Below are positions 20,471 through 32,265 of a DNA stretch of 34,646 bases, piece by piece. The stretch spans positions 8,665 through 43,310 of the forward strand of contig NW_025214783.1 in assembly GCF_004010195.1 (NCBI RefSeq), read 5' to 3'. Source of the DNA: Chiloscyllium plagiosum. Its lineage: Eukaryota. How positions within the stretch are numbered: position 1 is the first letter of the stretch; every line of letters starts with the position of its first letter. Made by a program: the position numbers and the translations under genes. The notes beneath the pieces are model-generated. The model had not been told where the DNA came from and ran no database searches. It saw only the letters and a list, made by a program, of their open reading frames with translations.

Positions 20471-21729
20471 ACACGACAACAGGACAGTTTCAAAGGTGGA
20501 AAAATGATTTTATATACACTGTTTAATCAATGTGTGTGTGCAGATAAGTCGCATTTTTCATATGTGCACAATGCATTGTAAATGAAAAGCAGAGACACAG
20601 TTAACGAAAAATGATGTATATGATGTATAAAATTGCTAAAACATTAAAACATGATTTGATCCTCTCAATGTTCCCTCCTTTTCTGGGATTCCCAACTCTA
20701 ATCTCTCATTCTTACCAGGGTGTGTGCTCCAAATTCATGATTCTGGTGTCCCAACTTATTTCAGTTAATCCCCTTTCTACCGGGACTTCAATATGTTGGC
20801 CTGCTGGGTTCTTTCCAAAGTTAGTGTCTGTCATATTACTGGAGATAAATATTCTGGCATCAGACCCAACATTTGAACATATTACTCTGTTGCACATGCA
20901 CTGTATAAGGGACCACAGCACACAGGCATTGCCAAAACATTGGGGGATGTTCATCTACTTCTTTCGATAATGTAGATTTCTCATTTTCCACATCTCCATA
21001 TCTATATCCTTTCTCTCGTTCTCCCTTTGTATCTAGTTAAGAAATCCACCAATTAGTATTCGTGTCCCATCTCCTAAAACTCCTTCTTTCAGTTTATATC
21101 TAACGCTCACTTCAAGATGTCATGTGGTTATAATTAAGCAATGTAACTACAAAGACATGCGGGCGTAGCTGGCCAGAGTTAATTGGAAGGGGAGCTGAGA
21201 AGGAAAGACCATGGAGCCTCAATGGGAGGAGGTTCTGGGGATAATTCGAAAGATAATACCAGAAATGCAACCCCAAGAACTTGAAACATACTCATGGGAG
21301 AACAAGGCAGCCATGAGTGATAAGACATCAAACCAAAAGAGAAAATATATAATGTGGTGAAGATGATTGGGAATCCAGAGAATTCATTAATCTGCAACTA
21401 CATAACGCTGGCATCACTGACACTGCAGAGCTCTTAATTATGGTCAGGTTAAGAAACAGAGGAAAAGCATTCACTTTAAACACAGAAGATGGTATTTCTC
21501 AAGGAAAAAGATTCAGGTGAATTAAACATTTGAATTAAGATCAGTTAAATGCTTTTGTGGAATGTGTCAGATTGGAAGCAATACCCGGGGAGACAGACCC
21601 TCCACAGAATGAGAGTATGAAAATGGAAGCATTTCCACGTCAGAAACCAGGTTAGGTCACTGAGTGCAGGGCTGATGGGTGAAGGGGTCTTAGTGAGAAT
21701 TGGGGATCAGACAGCAGAATTGCATTGCA

Positions 21730-22530
21730 GATATTGCAGCTCGAAACTGCGTATTCATGGAGCTGTAGACCACAGCAGCAGGAGAAGCAAACCTGCATTC
21801 AACCACAACCTGTAACTTTTTGCCAGGGTAACACCTCAGTCTATCGTTACCATCAACACAATCTATGGCTCAGTGACGAGTGTGGGTGAACATGTCAGAG
21901 TCAGAATCACATGAACTTTAACCTGATGCTAACTCATTAAAGCTACCAGACTTGACCAACAGATCTGATCGAAGCTCTGCAGTCCTGTCACATTCAGTCA
22001 TAAATGATGATGGACGATTAAACAAATGACTGGAGGAGAGGGCTCACAAACATTCCCATCCTAAATAATGGAACAGTCGTGCACATCAGTGTAAAAGAGA
22101 AGAATGTTTTATCTGCACCATCTTCTGCCAGAAGTGTTGAGTCGGTGATACACCTCACCCTAATCATGATGCCCACAAAATCACAGATGCCAGTCTTCAA
22201 CTAATTTGATTCGCTGCACGTGACATGAAGAAATTGGTGAACACAGTCGATACGACACAGATAATGGGCCCTGACTCCATTCCTGCAATAGAACTGAAGA
22301 CTTGTGCTGCAAAGCAAGCCGTGTCCCTGGGGAAGCATTTTCAATCCAGCTCCAACTCTGACATCTCCCTGGCAATGTGGAAAATTACTCGCTAAGTCCC
22401 GTCCCCTAAGACGGGAATAATTACAATCTGACCAATTACCACCTCCTCAGTCCCATCATGACAGTCAAATTGGTGGGAGTTCTTTTTGACAGAGCTATCA
22501 AGCAGCACAGCAATAACCTGCTCAGTGTGG
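21730..22530 (+). mobile_element. CR1/L2-group LINE internal fragment
   Basis: AAACAAATGACTGGAGGAGAGGGCTCACAAACATTCCCATCC..CCAGAAGTGTTGAGTCGGTGAT..AATTACCACCTCCTCAGTC aligns with the reverse complement of ~26050-26900. Confidence 0.8.
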
Positions 22531-22554
22531 TTTTTGACAGGTCCCCATGTGGAA

Positions 22555-23010
22555 ATGGTGCTGTTGTGGAAATTTTACTGGATTACTAATCCAGACCAGG
22601 CTAATGATCTGGCAGCAGGGGAAGTTAAAGACAATTAATAAAATATCGAGATCTAAAATCTGGGGTCAGTAACAGTGACCTTGAAGCCAATATGGATTGT
22701 AAACAGAATTTCCTTCTCCAATGTACTTTTAGGAAGTGAATCTCCCGTGATTTCCTGGGCTGTCCTAAAATTGACTCCAAAGACGCTGACATGTGATTAA
22801 CATTTCAATGGTCTCTGAAATTGCCAAGCAAGGGCACTCATTTGTATCAAACTACTCCGAGGTCTGAAAGGATGAAACCGGACAGAATACCCGGCCTCAG
22901 CATCAATGTCGGAAAAGGGAATGGGAATACAGTCCTGTCGACCCTGCAGAAACCTCCTTCCTAACATCTGAGAGCTTGTGACAGCATTTACAGAGCTTAC
23001 CCACAGACTG
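22555..23010 (+). mobile_element. 5' end of the same LINE family (SINE-like leader plus start of APE endonuclease)
   Basis: Leader CTGGATTACTAATCCAGACC..TTAGGAAGTGAATCTCCCGTG..GCAAGGGCACTCA, followed by CCTGTCGACCCTGCAGAAACCTCCTTCCTAACATCTGAGAGCTTG (NI*EL, from an NIxGL-type motif I). Family link by recognition. Confidence 0.55.
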
Positions 23011-23119
23011 CACTGAAACATCGGGAATGGAAAACACATTTAGCCTCCCCATTCTAGTTCATGGAAAACATCTCTTCAATGCACTACCCCACACGACATA
23101 CATATCCGTTACTGTGAGT

Positions 23120-24260
23120 AACCTTAGGAAGCTATAAAATAGGCGGTGCAGTAGTACGTTTGGTCCATCGAGTTTGCTAACCAATTCAATATAATGATGG
23201 TTGGCCCTTCATTTCCATACCGTACTCCTGCTCTCTCACCATCCCTTTACTGTCTCTAAATCCTTATTTCTAATCAGTGTCTCGGTTTCCAGGTGCGAGC
23301 GAATTCCCCAGGTTCCCCAGTCAGTGAGAGCAGACATTTATTATCATCTCAATGCAGAGTGACTGCCTGTACCTAATACTGTGGCCCCTTGTTTTAAAAG
23401 TCCCAGCCAGGGGAATTATCATCCCTGCTTCCAATCTGTCTCACCCTGTCAGAGTTTTTTTATATTTCACTGAGATCTCCACTCATTTTCCTAAACCCCA
23501 TGGAATACTGGCCCAGTCACCCAAATGTGGCCTTGTTTTAGAAGTGCCAGGGGAATTATCATCCCTGCTTCCAATCTGTCTCACCCTGTCAGAGTTTTTT
23601 ATATTTCATTGAGATCTCCACTCATTTTCCTAAACCCCATGGAATACTGGCCCAGTCACCCAAAACTCTGCTCCCACAACAAGCCCGTCATCCCAGAGAT
23701 CAGTCTGGTCATCCTTCACTGCTCGCCATCAATGTCAGGTTTGTCCTTTATTAGGTAAGGAGACCAAAAGGGCGGCACGGTGGCACAGTGGTTAGCACTG
23801 CTGCCTCACAGCGCCAGAGACCCGGGTTTAATTCACTCCTCAGGCGACTGACTGTGGAGTTTGCACGTTCTCTCCGTGTCTGCGTGGGTTTCCTCCGGGT
23901 GCTCCGGTTTCCTCCCACAGTCCAAAGATGTGCAGGTCAGGTGAATTGGCCATGCTAAATTGCCCGTAGTGTTAGGTAAGGGGTAAATGTAGTGGTATGG
24001 GTGGGTTGCGCTTCCGCGGGGCGGTGTGGACTTGTTGGGTAGAAGGCCTGTTTCCACACTGTAAGTAATCTAATCAAAACTGCACACAATACTGCACAAT
24101 GTTCAAGATTATATCTCACCAAGGCCCTGTGCAGCTGCAGTAAGACATCTTTTCTCCAGGACTCACATCCACCGAAAGGAAGATCAACACAGCATTTATT
24201 TTCCTCACTGCTTTCTGTTTCTGCAATATTACTTTCAGCGACTGGTGTACAAGGAGATGC
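23120..24260 (-). mobile_element. Old CR1 LINE 3' portion with internal ~140-bp tandem duplication and SINE insertion
   Basis: Antisense CR1 tail at ~23125-23200; EKDLHLLVHQSLKV..QKAVRKINAVL (24116..24361); duplicated units 23380-23525 and 23526-23664. Confidence 0.8.
23770..24074 (+). mobile_element. HE1-type tRNA-derived SINE, full length
   Basis: Near-identical to 16683-17000; TAATC tail; likely TSD CAAAA at 23765-23769 and 24075-24079; B box mutated (GGTTTAATTCAC). Confidence 0.95.
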
Positions 24261-24525
24261 AGATCCTTTTCAGTGTTGCAGCTCCCCACTTGGTGGGTCT
24301 GTGTACACTGGGCAGCGTGCCAATGCCATGCCCAGTACTGACTTCTGGTTGCAGAACTCACTGCGCTGCATGGGCCTCAGAGTTTTATGCAGAAGGAACA
24401 AATAAAAGAAACATACGTCCCTTTGTAGATCAACATGTTTCAACTAATCCATTTCAAATGGTAGGCTGCCAATTTATCATTTCCATCAAAGGGCACACCG
24501 TCNNNNNNNNNNNNNNNNNNNNNNN

Positions 24526-27500
24526 AGGGAATCCCAGGATTCTGACCCAGTGACTGTGTAGGAGCGGTGATAAATTTCCAAGTCAGGATGGTGAATGTCT
24601 TGTAGGGAACCTGAAGATGATGGTATTCACATACATCTGTAGCCCTTGTCCTTCTAGATAGACATGGTCGTGAGTTGGGAAGATGGTATCTGAGGATCTT
24701 TGGTGAATCATTTCATTGCAGCATGTCAATAGTAAAACACTGCTGCTGCTGCTGAGCGTTGATGGTGGAGCATTGTGGATGAAGAGACAGTCAAACTGGC
24801 TGGTTTGTCCTGGATGGTATAAAGCTTCTTGAGTGTTGTTGGGGCTGCACTCATCCAGGCAAATTGGTAGTCTCCTATTACATTTCTGACTTATGCATTG
24901 TAGACGATGGACAGACTTTTGGAAGTCAGAATGTGAGTTACTCGCCGCAGTATTCCCAGCTTCAGAGCTGCTCTTATAGTTACTGTGTTCATGTGGCGAG
25001 ACCAGTGAGTTTCTGAGCAATAATTACCCAACAGGAATCTGATACTGGGGGATTCAGAGATAGTAACACCATTGAATGCCAAGGGGCAGGTTAGATTGTA
25101 TTTTATTGGTGATGGTCATGGTCTGGCATTCGTGTGGGCTGAATATTACTTGCCACTTGTCAGCCTGGATACTCTCCAGATCTTGTCGCGTTTGAACGTG
25201 GACTGCTTCAGTATCTGAGGTGCCACAAATGTTGCAGAACATTGTACAATCATTGACGAACATCCCCACTTCTGAACTTAAAATGGAAGGAAGGTCATTG
25301 ATGAAGCAGCCCTGAAGAAGTTTTCGGTCACTGCTCGAGGGACTCCGACAGATTTGGAGCTGAGTTGACTGACCTTCATCACCCATGACCACCTTCCTAC
25401 GTGTCAGGTATGAATCTAACCAGCAGAGATTTTGCCTCTGATACCCATTCATTCCAGTGTTGCTAAGGCCCCTTGATAACCACACAGGGCCGATTGCAGC
25501 CTTGATTTAAAGGGTTGTCACTCTCACCCTACCTCTTGAATTCAACTCTTTTGTCCATGTTTGAACCACGGTAATGAAGCCAGGTGCTAAGTGGCCCTGG
25601 GGGAGTCCAAACTGGGCGTCATTGACCAGGGTATTGCTGAGCAGGTTGCTGCTTAAAAGCACTGAGACCTTCCACCACTTTACTGATGAACGAGAGTAGA
25701 CTGATGAAGTGTTATTTGGCCGGATTGGATTTGTTCTGCTTTTTATATACAGGAGATACTTGGGGTAATTTTTCACATAATCGGGAAAGCCATTGTTGTA
25801 ACTGTATTGAAACAGTTTGGCGAGTGAATCTAACCAGCAGAGATTTTGCCTCTGATACCCATTGATTCCAGTGTTGCTAAGGCCCCTTGATACCACACAG
25901 GGCCGATTGCAGCCTTGATTTAAAGGGGTGTCACTCTACCCTACCTCTTGAATTCAACTCTTTTGTCCATGTTTGAACCACTGTAATGAAGCCAGGTGCT
26001 GAGTGGCCCTGGGGGAGTCCAAACTGGGCGTCATTGACCAGGGTATTGCTGAGCAGGTTGCTGCTTAAAAGCACTGAGACCTTCCACCACTTTACTGATG
26101 AACGAGAGTAGACTGATGAAGTGTTATTTGGCCGGATTGGATTTGTTCTGCTTTTTATATACTGGAGGTACTTGGTGTAATTTTCCACATAATGAGGAAA
26201 AGCCATTGTTGTAACTGTATTGAAACAGTTTGGCGAGGGGAGTGGCAAGTTATGGAGCACAGGTTTTCAGTACTATTGCCAGAATGTTGTCAGATTATGG
26301 ACCCTATGGAGTATCCAGTATCTCCAATCGTTTCTGGATGTCGCGTGGACTGAATCAAATTGGTTGATGACTGGTAAGTGAATTGCTGACGACCACTGGA
26401 GGAGGCTGAAATGGATCATCCACTCAGCACTTCTGACTGAAGATTGTTGTGAATGCATCAGCCTTATCTTATACACTGAATTGCTGGGCTCTTTCATCAT
26501 GGAGGAAGGGGCTATTTGTGGAATCTCTTCCTCCAGTGAATTGTTTAATTGTCCCCAACGTTTCTCGGCTCAATGTGGAAGGACTGCAGAGCTTAGATCT
26601 GTTCCTTTGCTTGTGGGATCACTTAGCTCTGTCTATCACTTACTGCTTATGCTGTGTGGCGCACAAATAGTCCTGATTGGTGGCTTCACCAGCCTGACAG
26701 CTCATTGTCAGGTTTGCCTGGTGCTGCTCCTGCCATCCCGCACACTCCACTGAACCAATGTTGATCCTCTGGATTGATGGCAATTGTTCCGAGGGTGATA
26801 TGCCAGGCCATGAGGTTATGCGGGAGTACAATTTGGCTGCTATTGATGACAAACAACACCTTATGAACATCCAGATTTGAGCTGCTAGATCTGTTCGAAG
26901 TCTGCACTATTTAGCACCGTGAAAGTACCATCCACAATGGTGGAGGTTATACTCAATATGCAGGTGTGACTTTGTCTCCACAATGACTATGCGGTGGTCA
27001 GTCTTACCGATACTTTCATGGACAGATACTTCTGCAACTGGCAAATTAGTAAGGCTGTAGTCAAGTATGTATTTTCCTCTTGTTGGTTCCTTCACCTCCT
27101 GCCGCCAGTTATATCCTTTAGGACCCGGCCAGCTCGATCAGTAATGCAGTAGCTGAGATACTGTTGGTGGTGACCATTGAAATCCCCCACCCAGAGTACA
27201 TCTTGCGTCCGTGCTACCCTCAGTGCTTCCTCCAAGTGTTGGTCAGCATGGAGGAGTACTGATTCATCAGTTGAGAGAGGCTGGTACATGGTAATCAGCA
27301 GGAGGTTTCCTTTCATATGTGCAAACTAATGCCATGAGACTTCATGGGATACGGAGTCACTGTTGAGGACTCCAAGAGCAATTCCCTTCCAATTGTATCC
27401 CACTGTGCCGCCACTTCTGCTGTGTCCGTCCTGCTGATGAGACAGGAGGTATCTGGGGAAGGTAATGGGGAGTCTGGGACATAGTCATACTCACAGAATC

Positions 27501-27535
27501 ATACCTTTCAGAAAATGTCAGGCTATTACTTGACA
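24526..27535 (-). mobile_element. Near-full ORF2 of a CR1/L2-group LINE (APE + RT), decayed
   Basis: APE: LLLITMYQP, WVGDFNGHH, EPTRGKYILD, GKTDHRIV. RT: NDAQFGLPQGHSA, FINDLPSILSSEVGMFVNDCTMF, KWQVIFSPHECQ. Confidence 0.92.
25411..26237. repeat. Tandem duplication of ~414 bp within the LINE RT
   Basis: Units 25411-25824 and 25825-26237 both run TGAATCTAACCAGCAGAG...AAACAGTTTGGCGAG with few differences. Confidence 0.95.
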
Positions 27536-28745
27536 TTTTACTTGTCATTTTACTTGACTTGTTTATTTCTATTCACTGTTTCCTGCCAACTGTCCCATTC
27601 TAGAAACATGTCCATATATTAGCCCCAATCCACTTGGATTTGATTTTGCAAATTGGGCTTGGAGCTTTACCAACGTTTTTCTAAAAATCAAAATGGTTTA
27701 CATCCATTGCTTCTCTTTCATTTGTCTCCCAGTTTGTTTCTCAAACATAATTCCCATTTCATAAATCTATGTTACTGTTGTCTATGACCATTACTTCCAG
27801 CCACAATACTTTCTGCTAAACCATTTACTTACTATGTTTATTGTTCCATGTACTCTATCATTTTCCCACAACAGACTCGGTTTTGCTTGGATTGTTAGAA
27901 AGTTTTGTGAAGACAGAACTGAAGTAGTGGCTTCATAGTTCTGCCATTTCCCTGTTCCCCATTCTCCATTCTCTGGTGTCAAACTGTAAGGAAACTGCAC
28001 TTGTTTTCTCATATTTCTCACATTGACATAATTTAACAAGCTAATACAGTTCACTCTTATAACCCTTATGAATATAACTCTTCAGAAATCCATCAATTCC
28101 TGCCTTAAACTGCTCAATAATTCACCTTCCACACCATACACTCACAGGGGTATAGACTCTGTGCCAACAGAAATACAGCACGATCTATATTAGTCCCACT
28201 TTCCTACACCAGGCCCATAGCCTGAAATGTTATGACACTTCCAATTACTCGTCCAAGTACCTTTTAACGATTGTGAGGTGATCATTCCTCTCTCAGGAAG
28301 TAATCCCAGAACCCCACAACTCGAGGTAAAAAAATGTTTAAATCATCTCTGAACCTCAAACTCTTCACTTTAAATGTGTGCTCATTTGTTCTTGCCCCTC
28401 TGACTAAAAGGAATAGCTGCTGTCTATCCACCCTGTCCGTGTCGCTTATAATCTTATCCTTCTGAATCACTGACTCCTCAGCTTTCTCTGCTCCAAAGTA
28501 AACAATCCGAGCTTATCCAGTCTCTCTCCATAGCTGATATGCTCCATCCCAGCGAACATCCTGGTGAATCACCTCTGCACCCTCTCCAGTACAATCACAT
28601 CCTTCCTGGAATGTGGTTCCCGGAGCTACATACAGTACTCCATTTTGGCCGAACCAAAGCCCTGTATTGCTCTTATAATCTACACCCTGATTAGGAAACG
28701 CTACACCCAAGGTCCAATTCTTAACTAGTCCATTAACCTATCCAG

Positions 28746-28951
28746 GAGAATGTGAGGAATGCAGATGCTGGAGATCAGAGCTTAAAAAAATGTGTTGCTG
28801 GAAAAGCACAACAGGTCAGGTAGCATCAAATGAGCAGCAGAATCAACATTTCGGGCATAAGCCTTTTTCAGGAATCTGCCCGAAACATCGATTCTCCTGC
28901 TCCTTTGGTGCTGCCTGACCTGTTGCGCTTTTCCAGCAACACATTTTTAAG
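28746..28951. mobile_element. 206-bp fold-back PLE terminal insertion
   Basis: TSD CATTAACCT(A/G)TCCAG at 28731-28745 and 28952-28966; ~78-bp inverted arms around the loop TAAGCCTTTTTCAGGAATC. Confidence 0.9.
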
Positions 28952-30466
28952 CATTAACCTGTCCAGTCACATTCAGGGATGTGTGGAGAAGCACAATCTG
29001 AGCTTCCCAGTGTGCTGCCATTCATTGAGTCCTCCCCTGCCTGGTTCCTTCTCCCAAAGTGCATCACCTCATATTTATCAGGGTTACATTCCATCTGCCA
29101 TTGATGTGCCCATCTGACCATTCCATCTGCATTTTCCTGTAACTTAAGGCTTCCTCCTCACTGCGAACCACCCAGCCAATCTTTATGTCAAACATACACT
29201 CACTGCGAACCACCCAGCCAATCTTTATGTCAAACATACACTTACTTATCACACCTTCACCACTCTCCACCTTGCCCCCTCCACATTCAGATCTATATTT
29301 AATTATGAATAACACAAACAATAAGGGACACAACACTGCTCTCTGTGGTACACCAGGGGACACTGGTCTCCAGTCACACAAACAACCTTCTCCCACCACC
29401 ATCTGTCTCCTGCTACTAAGATAATTTTCGTTGTAACTTGTCAGGTTATCCACCATATTGTGAGATTTTCCTATATTTTTTAGTTTCCCAGTTAGAAATT
29501 TGTCAAAGGACTTCCTACAAAACTAAATAATCGACCTCCTCAAACTAATTCAATCAAATCCATTGGATGTGACTTCCTTCTGATAAAGTCATGATGATTA
29601 TCCCTGATCAAACCTTGCGACTCTGATTGGAGTTCGATTTTCTCCTTCCCTATTTTATCCAGTAGTTTCCTTAACGGTGATCTAATACTCGCTCGTCTAT
29701 AGTTCCGTGGTCTATCTCTCCGATCCTTACTGTGAAGTGGAATCGTATTAGCAGTTCTCCNNNNNNNNNNNNNNNNNNNNNNNNNNNNNNNNNNNNNNNN
29801 NNNNNNNNNNNNNNNNNNNNNNNNNNNNNNNNNNTCAATAATTGACCTTCCACACCATACACTCACAGGGGCATAGACTCTGTGCCAACAGAGATACAGC
29901 ACGATCTCTACTAGTCCCACTTTCCTACACCAGGTCCATAGCCTGAAATGTTATGACACTTCCAATTACTCGTCCAAATACTTTTTAACGATTGTGAGGT
30001 GATAATTCCACTCTCAGGAAGTAATCACAGAACCCCACAACTCGAGGTGAAAAAATGTTTAAATCATCTCTGAACCTCAAATTCTTCACTTTAAATGTGT
30101 GCTCATTTGTTCTTGCCCCTCTGACTAAAAGGAATAGCTGCTGTCTATCCACCCTGTCCGTATCGCTTATAATCTTATCCTTCTGAATCACTGACTCCTC
30201 AGCTTTCTTTGCTCCAAAGTAAACAATCCGAGCTTATCCAGTCTCTCTCCATAGCTGATATGCTCCATCCCAGGGAACATCTTGGTGAATCACCTCTGCA
30301 CCCTCTCCAGTACAATCACATCCTTCCTGGAATGTGATTCCCGGAGCTACATACAGTACTCCATTTTGGCCGAACCAAAGCCCTGTATTGCTCTTATAAC
30401 CTACACCCTGATTAGGAAACGCTACACCCAAGGTCCAATTCTTAACTAATCCATTAACCTGTCCAG

Positions 30467-30671
30467 GAGAATGTGAGGAATGCAGATGCTGGAGATCAGA
30501 GCTTAAAAAATGTGTTGCTGGAAAAGCACAGCAGGTCAGGCAGCATCAAATGAGCAGCAGAATCAACGTTTCAGGCATAAGCCTTTTTCAGGAATCTGCC
30601 CGAAACATCGATTCTCCTGCTCCTTTGGTGCTGCCTGACCTGCTGCGCTTTACCAGCAACACATTTTTAAG
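30467..30671. mobile_element. 205-bp fold-back PLE terminal insertion (duplicate of 28746-28951)
   Basis: Perfect 15-bp TSD CATTAACCTGTCCAG at 30452-30466 and 30672-30686. Confidence 0.9.
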
Positions 30672-31809
30672 CATTAACCTGTCCAGTCACATTCAGTCAT
30701 GTGTGGAGAAGCACAATCTGAGCTTCCCAGTGTGCTGCCATTCATTGAGTCCTCCCCTGCCTGGTTCCTTTTCCCAAAGTGCATCACCTCATATTTATCA
30801 GGGTTACATTCCATCTGCCATTGATGTGCCCATCTGACCATTCCATCTGCATTTTCCTGTAACTGAAGGCTTCCTCCTCACTGCGAACCACCCAGCCAAT
30901 CTTTATGTCAAACATACACTTACTTATCACACCTTCCCCACTCTCCACCTTGCCCCCTCCACAAGCAGAACTGCATTTAATTATGAATAACACAAACAAT
31001 AAGGGACACAACACTGATCGCTGTGGTACACCAGGGGACACTGGTCTCCAGTCACACAAACAGCCTTCTCCCACCACCATCTGTCTCCTGCTACTAAGAT
31101 AATTTTCGTTTTAACTTGTCAAGTTATCCATCATATTGTGAGATTTTCCTATGTTTTTTAGTTTCCCAGTTAGAAATTTGTCAAAGGACTTCCTACAAAA
31201 CTAAATAATCGACCTCCTAAAACTAATTCAATCAAATCCATTGGATGTGACTTCCTTCTGATAAAGTCATGATGATTATCCCTGATCAAACCTTGCGACT
31301 CTGATTTGAGTTCGATTTTCTCCTTCCCTATTTTATCCAGTAGTTTCCTTAACGGTGATCTAATACTCGCTCATCTATAGTTCCGTGGTCTATCTCTCCC
31401 ACCCTTACTGTGAAGTGGAATCGTATTAGCAGTTCTCCTGTTCTCTGGCACCTCCCCTATGATCAGATTCTAATTAAAATATTCAGTCAGGGTCTTTCCT
31501 CCTTTGATCCCAACAGCTGCCTGTGATACAACTCATTCAGACATGGAGATTGGTCCAAATGTGTACAGAACAAAACCTCAAATCCCTGCTCGTATTTTAC
31601 ATCAATCTGTTCAAGAGCTTCCCCGTCCATCTTCTTGAATTCTCTACCTGCCTCCTCCTTCTCCCAAGTAAAATAGATGTGAAGGTCTCATGTTACAATT
31701 CATCAATGTTCTCCAGCTTGACACATAGATTGCCCCTTTGGTTTCTAAAGGACACTAACTTTTTGCTGATTATTCTGTTCTACTTGTCCGTGTAGAATAT
31801 CGTGGGATT

Positions 31810-32265
31810 CTCCCTTATCTCGCCGACTTGTCCTTCTCCATGTCCCTCTGATATTCAGTCCTTTCGATGTTTCTAAGATTCACTACAATCAACTCTCGTG
31901 TTTTGAAACTCGAGATTACAGGCTGAGGTTCCCCTTCAGACAATCTTGCCATTTTACGGATTAATCTGGATAATACATTTTGCAGTTCCTCTGTAGTCAA
32001 TATATTCTTTCTTAGATTGGGACTCCGAACGATAGACAATATTCTACGTTCAGTCTCACCAACGCTCGATGCAACTGGTGCACGACATCCTCTATCTTCC
32101 AATTACATTCACATGAATGTAAACCTAATGTTTACTTTCCCATTTGCATATGTTCTTCCCAATACCTCTCGCTTTAATTTTTCTTATGAACTTGCTGTGT
32201 GAGTTCTTTAAAAAATAGCTCATAAATATCCAACTATACGTTATCCAATGGTTCATCATTGCCTA
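31810..32265 (-). mobile_element. Old CR1 fragment
   Basis: VRSPNLRKNILTTEELQNVLSRLI resembles CR1 WSPxLRKDILxxExVQRRFTRLI. Confidence 0.6.

Larger units (their letters stand above)
28114..31438. repeat. ~1.6-kb direct duplication separated by an N gap
   Basis: Units 28114-29760 and 29835-31438 both run TCAATAATT.ACCTTCC...GCAGTTCTCC. Confidence 0.95.
28150..31800 (-). mobile_element. Old CR1 LINE RT/3' region, present twice owing to the duplication
   Basis: QMVVGEGCLCDWRPVSPGVPQRAVLCPLLFVLFI (GVPQG motif); DRVDRQQLF..HTFKVK..FLPRVVGFW; RPRNYR..LIRDNHHDFIRRKS. Confidence 0.88.

Noticed and set aside
20611..20970. 119-aa hydrophobic + strand ORF
   Set aside because: No recognisable motif; best explained as the antisense shadow of the purine-rich - frame.
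21050..21090. Ig/TCR J-like motif LGDGTRILI
   Set aside because: Lacks the F/W-G-x-G consensus, has no recognisable RSS heptamer/nonamer upstream and only a poor donor.
28830..30837. Duplicated 95-aa and 62-68-aa ORFs as a gene pair
   Set aside because: They lie in CR1/PLE sequence and recur only because of the 1.6-kb duplication.
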